Shown: one piece after another, positions 50,359-60,171 of the stretch
Layout of the letters: every line of letters starts with the position of its first letter
Numbering within the stretch: the stretch's first letter is position 1
Source: Candidatus Heimdallarchaeota archaeon
GTDB lineage: Archaea; Asgardarchaeota; Heimdallarchaeia; JABLTI01
Assembly: GCA_018238155.1 (NCBI GenBank)
Contig: JABCTZ010000037.1
Coordinates: forward strand, 32,001 to 96,000
Direction: 5' to 3'
Length of the DNA: 64,000 nucleotides
Notes under the pieces: model-generated
What the model was told of the DNA's origin: nothing
The model's database searches: none
Seen by the model: the letters and a program-made list of their open reading frames with translations, nothing else
Program-made: the position numbers and the translations under genes

Positions 50359-51462
50359 TTATTTCTTTTTTATTGAAGCTTGGGCGATTTTCTGGAACCC
50401 TCTTGCATTAGCCATTACAGGATCTTCTGGCACAACAACCTCATCCGGAGAGTGTACAATATTGTGTTCTGTAAGAATGGTTTTCATATTTTTGCCAAAA
50501 ACTTCTGCACCACCACCTGTTAAAATTACTTTCTCTATCCATGCATCGAGTGGTAAAGTTCCTAGTAAAGTTGAAACCTCATCTACAATGATATCGGCGA
50601 TTGTATTTACATAATAATCTGTTGTTTCGGTGATATCATATTGTTCTCCTGCGATCATGACACTATCACGACCAATTTCTATTGCTTTAATTAATTCAAA
50701 TGGTCGTAGAATTTTCCCAGTTTGTTTGTTAAGATTATCAGCAATTCTTCCTGCAAGAGTTGTTATCGATTCGTGAACACTACCACTTGCAGTTCTCATT
50801 AATCGTCCTTCATATACAGTTAGAATATTTGTTGCACCAGCACCTATGTCTATTACTACAGCATCTACGGCTCTATCTTCCCCAGATGTTTTCAAGATTT
50901 CATAATAAGATCCATAACAAACAGGCATAACTAAACATTGGTCAATCTTTAGATTGATTTGTTTTTCTTCCCCTGTTGCATCATTAGCCACATTAATAGT
51001 CATGGTACCTTTCAGACCAGAACTAAGTGTTGTCATTTCTTCTTGAGGGCTGGCGACTGGCACACCAGTTGCAATCACAAAATTTGCATAATCTTTTTTC
51101 ACAAAAGTGGATAAGGCAGCTTGAATTGCAATTATTGCATCCTTTAAGCTTTTCATTTTTCCATCTGCAGCGAGTGGACGCTTGATTTCACTTTGAAGTC
51201 TAGCTAATTCACCAACAAAGTATTTCGTTCCGGCATCTGTTGTTAAAACAAGATTGTTTATCCATGATTTGTCAGTTCCCAGTCCTTTCCATCCTGGATT
51301 TGGATCACCTACAAGACTCGGAATTTTTATTTCTGTTTTACCATCTGGACCCACCAGTTTTGATAAGCTAGTTCCAAGATCAATTCCAATTGCCTTTGTA
51401 TTACTTTTATCTCCAGATTTAGATTTCGATTTAGATTTTGACTTTTTGGACAAAGTTTTCAC
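50359..51462 (-). CDS. ParM/StbA-like actin-fold ATPase
   Basis: IGIDLGTSLSK (phosphate 1), YFVGELA, ATGVP, VIDIGAGATN (phosphate 2), ILTGGGA (adenosine), DPVMANARGF. Confidence 0.85.
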   Translation of the reverse strand: MKTLSKKSKSKSKSKSGDKSNTKAIGIDLGTSLSKLVGPDGKTEIKIPSLVGDPNPGWKGLGTDKSWINNLVLTTDAGTKYFVGELARLQSEIKRPLAADGKMKSLKDAIIAIQAALSTFVKKDYANFVIATGVPVASPQEEMTTLSSGLKGTMTINVANDATGEEKQINLKIDQCLVMPVCYGSYYEILKTSGEDRAVDAVVIDIGAGATNILTVYEGRLMRTASGSVHESITTLAGRIADNLNKQTGKILRPFELIKAIEIGRDSVMIAGEQYDITETTDYYVNTIADIIVDEVSTLLGTLPLDAWIEKVILTGGGAEVFGKNMKTILTEHNIVHSPDEVVVPEDPVMANARGFQKIAQASIKKK

Positions 51463-51544
51463 CCTACTTTATTGAAGGAATAATTTCTTTTTATAGATAT
51501 AAAAAGAGGATTTTAAATACTTTCTATTTGGGACATGAGAGAGT

Positions 51545-52888
51545 TTATTCTGGTTGCGGGTTAGCTCCTACATGGATATCAGCAGCAGCTGTTTCCTTCT
51601 CATCTTGGGATCCTTCCTTGATTGAGTGGATAACTTTGCCACCAGAGGTTTTTTCGAACATTTTTTTAGCTACTCTTCTTTGTATTGCTTGAACAATTAA
51701 TCCCACTACCATGAAGAAAATAGCTAATGGTATTAGAACTAGCATTACCATTTCAGGTTGTCCGCCTTCAACACTAGTTATTATTGAATCAGGAAAATTA
51801 AGAAAAGTCAGTACTGGTACAGGATTCAATGCTAACCAGGACATAAATAGCAAAGTAACCATTCTTAACAGCGTACCTGATAGTACTATCAACAATAATC
51901 TCATCATTGAGGGTGTATAAGCAGATGCTGAAAGAGAGACGGAGATAAATGGATCATTCTCTTCTAATTTCAAAAAATAATTTTTAAGTCGATTATTCAA
52001 TTTATCCCAATCTTCTTGTGGTGAGATTCTAAAAAGTTTCTGACCAACTAAAGCTCTAATTTTGGAGAAGGAAGTGGTTACTTTCAATAATGATGTTGAA
52101 GTTTTCTTGCCTTTAATTGTTGATTCATCTTCAGCAATTGGTTTTTTTACACCAATAGGCATCTTAAATTTCTTAAGGCGTTCAATGTTGCTTGATATTC
52201 TACGATGTCTTTGAACATTCGGTCCAATGACATTAAAGATATAACTAGCTTGGAAACTTAATTCAAGTGAGAAGTAAATAAGAAATGCAGTAATAACCAT
52301 TTTTGAAAATATCATTTGGAAAAAGTTTCCACTTGAAAATTCAAGGTTTAGCAATAGTTTTCCATTCATTGCCGCAATGCCTAATACAATATTCATTGAA
52401 AAAAAGGATATAGCTGAGAGCGCGGGATTACATTCCTTCAAAAATCCTATTCCAGACACAAATGCAATAATAATTGCCATTACAATAGCAAATGCAAATC
52501 CGGCATCTAAGAGATCTTGTTGTAATGGGATTTGTAGTGGATTAAGAATCAGTTCATCAATTGGTATACCTATTACCGTTTCATTTCCACCAAAAATAGC
52601 TACATGAATAGCACTCATAATCGCTACTGCCCCGCTATCTCCATAACCTAAAATGAAAGCAATTCCATATCCAATGAGCAAGAACAATAATTCGAAGAAA
52701 AAGATAAACATCTTTAATCCATACCAAAACGATTGGAAACGCCAAATAACAGGGTCAACCGAGGTCATTACTAAAATAAAAGCAGCCAAAGATATTAAAC
52801 CTGCAACTATTCGTGTAGAAACTAATAATGTCCTCATTTTTCGTACTCGATCTTTCTCAACACGAGAGCTTATAGATTGTTCAGACAA
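51545..52888 (-). CDS. Multi-pass membrane protein with cytoplasmic loop
   Basis: About 7 hydrophobic segments; overlaps the DUF58 gene stop. Confidence 0.7.
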   Translation of the reverse strand: MSEQSISSRVEKDRVRKMRTLLVSTRIVAGLISLAAFILVMTSVDPVIWRFQSFWYGLKMFIFFFELLFLLIGYGIAFILGYGDSGAVAIMSAIHVAIFGGNETVIGIPIDELILNPLQIPLQQDLLDAGFAFAIVMAIIIAFVSGIGFLKECNPALSAISFFSMNIVLGIAAMNGKLLLNLEFSSGNFFQMIFSKMVITAFLIYFSLELSFQASYIFNVIGPNVQRHRRISSNIERLKKFKMPIGVKKPIAEDESTIKGKKTSTSLLKVTTSFSKIRALVGQKLFRISPQEDWDKLNNRLKNYFLKLEENDPFISVSLSASAYTPSMMRLLLIVLSGTLLRMVTLLFMSWLALNPVPVLTFLNFPDSIITSVEGGQPEMVMLVLIPLAIFFMVVGLIVQAIQRRVAKKMFEKTSGGKVIHSIKEGSQDEKETAAADIHVGANPQPE

Positions 52889-54278
52889 GTCCTATACCTC
52901 TCCTTTTTGCTTCAATATATTCGTTAATAACTGAAACTAAGAAATCATCTGGTCCAACAGAAATCACTCCGGCACGATATCTCTTAATATCTTTACTAAG
53001 TCTTCTACGTATTTCATAGTACTCTTCAGCAATAGCTTCTCCTAATGCTCTTTCTGTAGGACCAAGTAGAGTATTTTGTATTTCGAAGAAGGGACCAAAA
53101 GGTGAAATGATTATTACATCAAAACCTGCTGCAGATGCTTTTCGAATTCCACCAAGAATATCTTTTACGCTTCCTTCAAGATCAGAAATAATAATTAGCA
53201 AACCTCTGCTTCTTGTTCTCATAATCAAATTTTGTACCGCATTTATGAGATTTGAAGGACCTTTTGGTGTGACATAAGCAAGATTTTCTAAAATTCTGTT
53301 TAAATGTGATGAGCCTTGTTTAGGAGCTAGAAACGTATTTACTCGACTACTATATGTTGCAATGCCCACCAAATCTTTCCGTTCAGAAGCCATATGTGCT
53401 AATAATACAACAGCACGAATACTGAACTCTAATTTCGTGTTTCGAATTAAACCTTGTTCCATACTTCGTGAAGTATCAAGTAAAACCATAACTCGAACAT
53501 TTTTTTCAGTTTCAAATTCCCTAATTTGTAATTTATTTGTTCTGCTGAAGGCCTTCCAGTCAATGTGTCGGAAAGCATCTTCAGGATAATAATCGCGAAT
53601 GCCCCAGAAATCCATTCCTGTTCCTTTCAATTTTGTTTTGTGGATACCAAATATTTTTCCTAATTGCCTCTTTGCACCCAATGTTTTCAGTTTAGCAATA
53701 TCTTCATAGGATGGATAGACTAAGATTTCATCATAATCTTGCTTGACTACCGCTTCTTCATAAAAACCAAGACGGTCATGAATGATCACTTTTGTTGGTC
53801 CGATTTTATATAACCCTCGAACTGGAGTTCTCACTATATAAGAAAAGTCTACTTTTGCTCCGGCGTTCAATCTTGTATAAAGGTAATTTTCTCCAAGAAC
53901 TAAATCCATTGTTTCGGGGTATGCATCATAAATTTCTAAATGATCAATAGCATTTGGTGAACCATTTTTTACCATTATTTTTACGTGAATATAATCTCCT
54001 GCAAAGCATTTTCTCTTTTCGAGGATTCTGTGTACTTGTATTCCTTCAGAATTTGCTTGAATTCTGAAAATCGGGTATCCAAATGTTGTGCCTATAACCA
54101 TTAAAATCCCAACTAATAGAAAATAAGTGGTAATGGCATTAGGAATAGGATAGGTTACTTCTTCTAATGCGAAAAATGCCAGGATGTCAAATATCGGACT
54201 TATACCTTCAAAGGCAAGCCCTACAGATATCATAAACATCCCTCCGAAAAGGATAAATGAACCTCGTTTGGAAATCAT
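52881..54278 (-). CDS. DUF58 / vWA-like MoxR partner
   Basis: RGLYKIGP, DRLGF, ILVYP, GMDFWGIRDYYPEDAFRHIDWKAFSR, REFETE, LLDTSRSM, IIISDL. Confidence 0.92.
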   Translation of the reverse strand: MISKRGSFILFGGMFMISVGLAFEGISPIFDILAFFALEEVTYPIPNAITTYFLLVGILMVIGTTFGYPIFRIQANSEGIQVHRILEKRKCFAGDYIHVKIMVKNGSPNAIDHLEIYDAYPETMDLVLGENYLYTRLNAGAKVDFSYIVRTPVRGLYKIGPTKVIIHDRLGFYEEAVVKQDYDEILVYPSYEDIAKLKTLGAKRQLGKIFGIHKTKLKGTGMDFWGIRDYYPEDAFRHIDWKAFSRTNKLQIREFETEKNVRVMVLLDTSRSMEQGLIRNTKLEFSIRAVVLLAHMASERKDLVGIATYSSRVNTFLAPKQGSSHLNRILENLAYVTPKGPSNLINAVQNLIMRTRSRGLLIIISDLEGSVKDILGGIRKASAAGFDVIIISPFGPFFEIQNTLLGPTERALGEAIAEEYYEIRRRLSKDIKRYRAGVISVGPDDFLVSVINEYIEAKRRGIGLV

Positions 54279-54339
54279 TTTTCAACAGTCCTTAGTATAT
54301 ATTCTTGAAGCAATTTTTTGTTTTTCGTTGATTTTAGAA

Positions 54340-55356
54340 TTACCTCGTTTCTCTAAATGGAATATCTCTGATAATATCTCTTACAATTGTTTGTGCTGTT
54401 ATGCCTTCCAAATCAGCTTCAGGTTTTAAGATAAGTCGATGATAAACAGATTCAACTACTATCCTTTTGATGTCATCTGGTACAACAAAATCTCGACCGC
54501 ACATGGCAGCAAATGCTTTCGAAGCACTTAGCATAGCAATACTTGCTCGAGGGCTTCCTCCAAGAATCAAACGTGGATCAGTTCGTGTTCTCATAGTAAC
54601 ATCACGAATATATTCAATTATTCCTTGATCTACAAAAACACTATCTCTGACAGTCTTCTGTAATCTAACGATTGTTTCAGCAGTAGTTATCTCATTTATA
54701 TGATTATCAACGGGGCGATGCTTTAATTGAATGATTTGTTCTTCTTCAGAAGCATTTGGTAACCCAACTACTGATTTCATCAAAAATCTATCAAGTTGAG
54801 CTTCAGGCAATGGATACGTTCCTTCTTGTTCAATTGGGTTCTGTGTAGCAATTACAATAAAAGGTGAGGAAAGAGCATAGGTATTCCCTTCTATCGATAC
54901 TTGTCTTTCTGCCATTGCTTCAAGAAGAGCACTCTGTGTTTTTGGTGGAGCTCTGTTTATTTCATCTGCTAAGAGGATATTTGTGAAAATAGGTCCTCTT
55001 CTTAGTTTAAAAGTACTAGACCTTTGGTCAAAGACATTTGTTCCTAAAACATCAGAAGGAAGTAAATCAGGGGTAAATTGTACTCTCTTGTACTTGCACC
55101 CCAATGTTCTTGCAAACAGTTTTGCTAAAGTAGTTTTAGCAATTCCAGGTACTCCTTCCAGCAAAATGTGTCCATCACATAATAGACTAATCATTAAGTT
55201 TTGAACTACATTTTTCATGCCAATAATATGTTTCGAAAGTTCGTCTTGAATACTTTTAGCTATTCTTTCTACATCGGAAATATCCACAAGCCCACCTGCA
55301 GATCCAGAGACAATTTTCTCTGAGGGAGGAGGGGGTGGTGGTGCAAACTCAGACAT
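54340..55356 (-). CDS. moxR: MoxR-family AAA+ ATPase
   Basis: HILLEGVPGIAKT, RVQFTPDLLPSD, LADEINRAPPKTQSALLEAM, ATQNPIEQEGTYPLPEAQLDRF, SPRAS. Confidence 0.96.
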   Translation of the reverse strand: MSEFAPPPPPPSEKIVSGSAGGLVDISDVERIAKSIQDELSKHIIGMKNVVQNLMISLLCDGHILLEGVPGIAKTTLAKLFARTLGCKYKRVQFTPDLLPSDVLGTNVFDQRSSTFKLRRGPIFTNILLADEINRAPPKTQSALLEAMAERQVSIEGNTYALSSPFIVIATQNPIEQEGTYPLPEAQLDRFLMKSVVGLPNASEEEQIIQLKHRPVDNHINEITTAETIVRLQKTVRDSVFVDQGIIEYIRDVTMRTRTDPRLILGGSPRASIAMLSASKAFAAMCGRDFVVPDDIKRIVVESVYHRLILKPEADLEGITAQTIVRDIIRDIPFRETR

Positions 55357-55419
55357 TTTTTTACATACCCCATTTGTATTTTTTTTTTATTTGATTTTTT
55401 TTAAAAAATATTTTCTATA

Positions 55420-56919
55420 TTATCGTAATCCTTGTTTAGTTATTATATCTTCAATATTTTTCATCTCCAATACTAGAGCAAGGAAATTTTCCTCTGTAAG
55501 TTTCTTCTTCTTTTCAGTAAATAATTCTACATTATTGAGATTCTTCGAAAGAAGATCATAATTGAATTTATCGGGATATTGCTCTTTGAGTAATTCCACA
55601 ATCTGATTGAAATTAATTGTCAATCCGCAATTGAATTTCTTATCAAGTCTTCTTTTCAAACGTTTATACAGAACATTTAACGCTTTATCATATTGTTCAT
55701 AGTTAACGTACCAAGACATTTTTGCGGCAAAGAATGATCGAGATCTTTTTTGTTTAATTTTTGTCATTAATAATGGAGACGCGCTTCGACCTTTTGGATA
55801 GTTACGTTTTAGAAAAATTAAAGCTATAATTGGGAAAAATGGCGCTAACAATGGAAACATTGTAAATGAATTAATGTAGCGCAAATACATACTCACATAG
55901 CTAAAGGGATCCAAAATACTCAAAGGTGCTCTAGCTTTAGAAGGTGAAAGATGTCCTTCATCATAGAAGATAGTTCTTGAGCCATTGATATCCAACCAAT
56001 CAAATAGATTGCTAGCGTATTGAGCATTATCATATTCAGGCAACCTCATTAACTCATTGGTGAAAATACTTGGATCAGAACAAATCAAAATATTACCTAA
56101 TCCTGCAGCACCCAAAGGTAAAGGAGCCATAATAGAAAATGGTACACCGCCCCATTCACCTTCATCTTGAGAAAATTCACCTCTTCTTGCTTTCTTAACA
56201 TCCTGTTCCAATGAGCTATTACTGGTACTTCCGGCAATTCCAGTAAGGATTGGATTTCCTAGAACTGTGAAGGTAGGAATCCATCGAGCTGAATCTAATG
56301 CTTCATCATAAGCTAAAAAGCCTATTGCTGAAGGATAACTTGTAACTACTTGAGTCACACCAACGATAGAAGGTAAACCGGGAGCACTTAAGAAATTCTT
56401 AATTACGGGCATAACTGGACTCTGATGATATGACTCATAGTCTAGTAGTAATGATTTATTCACTTTCAACCCTAGAATTGGAAGACCACCTCCAAAACCA
56501 AATTCGGACATATTGATACTATCCAAGTATGGTGCAATTATCGCATTTATAAGACCAAGAATGTCATTCGCACTTCCAAAATCATCTGCAATAAGTACGC
56601 TTCCTCCTCTCATTACGAAATAAGCTAAAGCTGCTGTTTCTGTTGGGTCATAATATATTGTTGGACCCACAAGAGCTAATACTCCTAAATCGTCTATTCG
56701 TGTCAATACATTCAATGTCGAAACAATGGGCTGAAATTCATATCCTTCACTTTCTAAATTTTCCTTCAGAATACTTGTACCATCCCAGTTGGTATTATAA
56801 ACAGAAAACTGGCGAGTTTCTTCTAAGCCTATTCTAGCAACTGATAAAACAATTGGCAAACAAAATATGATAAACAATATCGTTAACATAAATGCATTTC
56901 TATCAAATTTTAAAGCCAT
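55420..56919 (-). CDS. DUF4350-like membrane-anchored protein
   Basis: FSVYNTNWDGTS, FVMRGGSVLIADDFGSAN, SDPSIFTNE, IFYDEGH. Confidence 0.8.
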   Translation of the reverse strand: MALKFDRNAFMLTILFIIFCLPIVLSVARIGLEETRQFSVYNTNWDGTSILKENLESEGYEFQPIVSTLNVLTRIDDLGVLALVGPTIYYDPTETAALAYFVMRGGSVLIADDFGSANDILGLINAIIAPYLDSINMSEFGFGGGLPILGLKVNKSLLLDYESYHQSPVMPVIKNFLSAPGLPSIVGVTQVVTSYPSAIGFLAYDEALDSARWIPTFTVLGNPILTGIAGSTSNSSLEQDVKKARRGEFSQDEGEWGGVPFSIMAPLPLGAAGLGNILICSDPSIFTNELMRLPEYDNAQYASNLFDWLDINGSRTIFYDEGHLSPSKARAPLSILDPFSYVSMYLRYINSFTMFPLLAPFFPIIALIFLKRNYPKGRSASPLLMTKIKQKRSRSFFAAKMSWYVNYEQYDKALNVLYKRLKRRLDKKFNCGLTINFNQIVELLKEQYPDKFNYDLLSKNLNNVELFTEKKKKLTEENFLALVLEMKNIEDIITKQGLR

Positions 56920-56956
56920 TTCATTTTACCTCAATATACTTTATCTCGTTTTTAAA

Positions 56957-59437
56957 TTAGGGTTGAACATTTTTTGGTCCTTTATCTGTTGCAAGCAGAA
57001 TGTTATGTAAAGCTTGTCTTGCTTGTGTGAAAGAGTTCTTTGAAATCTTATGATCACTAAATCGAGATTCTTCATATCGCATTACTATCATAGTAACATC
57101 TCTCACAGGAACTCTGTTAGTTGAAGCAATTATACGTGCTAGCTCTCTAGGAGAGATTGAAGGAGCATTTGATATACCGAAACTCTTCATACAAATTGAC
57201 TCAAATGCACGATAACAAAGAACTGAAGCTCGTTTGTAATCTTTTGCGTTCTCAGATTCATCAATTAATTTCAATATTGAGTTCAGGTCGTATTGATCGA
57301 CCCCTACAGCCATTCCAGGTTGGGTCTTCTTTGACTTTCTGAATCGACCGAAAGCATAAACAGTTGATATTATTATTATTCCAGATACCATAGCAATTAA
57401 TATTCCAATCAATATAGGGCCCAAGTTTTCATTGCCTCCATTTGGTGTTGATGAACTCACACTTGTAGGTGTAGGCGGATCAGGATATACTTGAAAGTTA
57501 ACTCTAAAACTAAAGTCAATATTTTCCTTTAAGGTTATTATTATAGAATAATCAATATTTGTTAATAAAGTTTCATCACCAGGGAAGAAGTAACTAAAAT
57601 TACCATTATCTGATAGACTTCTAATAACGCTTTCATATTGCTCAATTGTTATGTTAACAATTCTATCAACAATCGGTCTACCAAATTGATCCGTTAGAGT
57701 TGCTTGGAGTGTATAAGTGGAATTATTATACAATGGATTACCATTAAAGGCATTGTATTCTGCATCTTCAATAACGCTCGAAGAATTTACCATAACAGCA
57801 AAATTAACTGTGGTGAATATATCAAGAGTAAAGCTTGTATTTGAAGAATCAAAATAAGTGGTTGATGATGCTTCAATATTTATTGCCCACTGACTAACTA
57901 CAACTGTAAATGAAAGTGGAACTGTCATTATAATAGTAAAGATTCCAAGAGCAGAAGTATTGCTATTATAAACTGGACCAGTATCGTTCCATTGTGCTGT
58001 TATAGACATTCCCTCAATAACACGATTATCATAAATGTCTCGTAATGTACCAGTTACTTCAATAGACTCTCCAGGCATAACCATAATGGTATTAGTAAGA
58101 ACGTTAGAACTGTTTACTGCTGAATTTCGAATTGTTGAATTTCCTACAACGGTTAGAATTTTGGTTTCAGTTGTCGCAGTTATTCCTTGCCCTGCAACTA
58201 CATCAACCCAAATATTATTGTCACCTACAGGAAGATAAGTTCCAATAACTAGAAAAGTAGCATTAAATAGACCTGTACCACCAGCAGCAACAGATGTGGC
58301 TTGTAATGTTGTTGCGGTTTTTGTTGAACCTTGATCAACATAAATCTCAAGATTAACAGGGGATGCATACGGATTGCTATTTGTATCTTCTATTAATCCT
58401 GTTATTGTAACACTGGTTTCATTACGGAGAATTACAGGATCACCTCCAGGACCAAGAGCTACTGGTTCGTCGATTGAAAAAGTAATCCCAGCACCGGAAA
58501 AGACAGTTATATCCACAGTTTCATTTGCCCAATCTGCAGCAGGAGTACCAATTAAAGCCTCATTTCTAATATCACCCACAACATAAGAAAGACTTAGAAT
58601 ACTAACATTGAATGAACCTTCTAAGGTATGTTGAGTTAATGGTGTTCCTAGTGGGACATTAAATGTTGTATTTGTTATGAAACCCATAATTGTATCATTA
58701 TAAGTAGACCCTAACCATTCAAAATTAATATCTTTTCCATTGGATTCAGGAATTAAAGGTAAAGGATCACTGTCATAATATAGCAAACCAGCAACAGCAA
58801 AGAAATCAGCTTGTTCACGTACAAGTGTTGTATTTGTAGACATACCCATGTAGATACTTGCATAACATTCTACGCTTTCTGAGATAACCTGTCGATTTTC
58901 TTCGATAGGACCCAGTAATGGATCTCCAGGAAAGACTGTATAAACAGTTACTACACCAAAATCTTTTGAGTAATCTATATCACGACATAAGATTGAAAAA
59001 TCACCATTACTATCTGTTCGATCCTCACCAACTAGATAAGCATTCTTTAAACCAGTTCGATCTGCTTCATAAGCAGCCCAAGAGAAAATTGACCAGAAAA
59101 TCTCTATTGGTTCATCTGCCCACCCTACACTAGTTATTGGATCTTCTAAGCGACCTGTAACTACAAATGAATTTCCTCTAATAATAACTGTAGGAGTAAT
59201 AGTTTTTGGTGAAAAAGATCCTTCTTTGGTTATGCTTTTTTCTCCAAGTCGAGGATTTGTTATCTCAGCAGAGAGAGATGTTTTAGCCGAAAATGGTTTC
59301 TGTTCAACTACTTGTGAATAATCTTCAGAATAAAATGCAAAATTAGTAACTGTAAAAGATATACTCATTATTACAATAAAGATAATCGTAACTACCTTTA
59401 AGCTAGTTTCATTCCGATTCAAATTATATGTCTCCAA
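56957..59437 (-). CDS. Large surface protein (Ig-like ectodomain, TM, C-terminal DUF4129-like domain)
   Basis: N-terminal TM, beta-rich repeats (VTGRL / ITGLI / VTGTL), TM, then SISPRELAR...RYEESRFSDHKI. Confidence 0.75.
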   Translation of the reverse strand: METYNLNRNETSLKVVTIIFIVIMSISFTVTNFAFYSEDYSQVVEQKPFSAKTSLSAEITNPRLGEKSITKEGSFSPKTITPTVIIRGNSFVVTGRLEDPITSVGWADEPIEIFWSIFSWAAYEADRTGLKNAYLVGEDRTDSNGDFSILCRDIDYSKDFGVVTVYTVFPGDPLLGPIEENRQVISESVECYASIYMGMSTNTTLVREQADFFAVAGLLYYDSDPLPLIPESNGKDINFEWLGSTYNDTIMGFITNTTFNVPLGTPLTQHTLEGSFNVSILSLSYVVGDIRNEALIGTPAADWANETVDITVFSGAGITFSIDEPVALGPGGDPVILRNETSVTITGLIEDTNSNPYASPVNLEIYVDQGSTKTATTLQATSVAAGGTGLFNATFLVIGTYLPVGDNNIWVDVVAGQGITATTETKILTVVGNSTIRNSAVNSSNVLTNTIMVMPGESIEVTGTLRDIYDNRVIEGMSITAQWNDTGPVYNSNTSALGIFTIIMTVPLSFTVVVSQWAINIEASSTTYFDSSNTSFTLDIFTTVNFAVMVNSSSVIEDAEYNAFNGNPLYNNSTYTLQATLTDQFGRPIVDRIVNITIEQYESVIRSLSDNGNFSYFFPGDETLLTNIDYSIIITLKENIDFSFRVNFQVYPDPPTPTSVSSSTPNGGNENLGPILIGILIAMVSGIIIISTVYAFGRFRKSKKTQPGMAVGVDQYDLNSILKLIDESENAKDYKRASVLCYRAFESICMKSFGISNAPSISPRELARIIASTNRVPVRDVTMIVMRYEESRFSDHKISKNSFTQARQALHNILLATDKGPKNVQP

Positions 59438-59547
59438 ATAGTTATAGCTTAATATTATTTACATCACAGACTATTTTAGATATATCTGAATGAGCAATCA
59501 TACTATTTATTAGTTGTCTATTACGCATTCGTGAATAATAATTATAA

Positions 59548-59869
59548 TGGTACAAATCAATAGACCAGATGGGTGATCGAGAAAAACATCGCAGAAATTT
59601 CCGAAGCTTTAACTCGACCAACCAAATACACAATAAACATACGGTTTGGCATTCTAGGACTCATCTATTATTATCTATTGTGTTCCGGTATTTTCAACGT
59701 TCTATCATTTCAAGCACTATTCTCTTCTCTCGGGCAATCAAGAAGATTTCTCGTTTACTTTGGTGGCTCTATAAAAACTCTACCCGCTACATTGAGTATT
59801 TATCCAAAGTAAATTTAGAGTGTGCTCCTAAACAGAACGAGAAGCATAAACTGATAGATTACCACTCCT
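59548..59869 (-). ncRNA. Second candidate structured RNA, or structured 5' leader of the moxR cluster; strand tentative
   Basis: Perfect 10-bp helix 59754-59763/59804-59813 inside helix 59748-59753/59838-59843; hairpin 59814-59832; terminal pairing 59548-59568/59851-59864; TATA-like AGTAAAGTTTTTAATA on the minus strand near 59900-59915. Confidence 0.4.
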
Positions 59870-59982
59870 TCCTCTTAAGAATAAAGAGGACAACTCTTCT
59901 ATTAAAAACTTTACTAGTGCACACATCTTTGCATCTTTTGCAAAGGGATTGTAATTGAAAGAAAAGAACACATACACCAAAT

Positions 59983-60053
59983 TGTAATATAATTACAAAA
60001 CTTTATATACTGTTTTGTGTAATATTAATACAGAAAAGTGTAAAACTTTTACT
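59983..60053 (+). promoter_or_regulatory. BRE/TATA promoter bracketed by three TGTAA-N5-TTACA operators
   Basis: TGTAATATAATTACA 59983-59997, TTTATATA 60002-60009, TGTAATATTAATACA 60018-60032, TGTAAAACTTTTACT 60039-60053. Confidence 0.7.
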
Positions 60054-60171
60054 TGGAATTGAATAAAAATGATTAATAAAAAGAATAAAGTCAAAGAACA
60101 AGTCCGAAAAGACATTGATAGAATACGAATGAAAATGGCTCTGGTAACAGGAGCCTAATATTAATTTTGAG

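Noticed and set aside
59442-59958. ORFs 59442-59633, 59569-59958 and 59573-59812
   Set aside because: Mutually overlapping with atypical composition and no motifs; not fully excluded without a search
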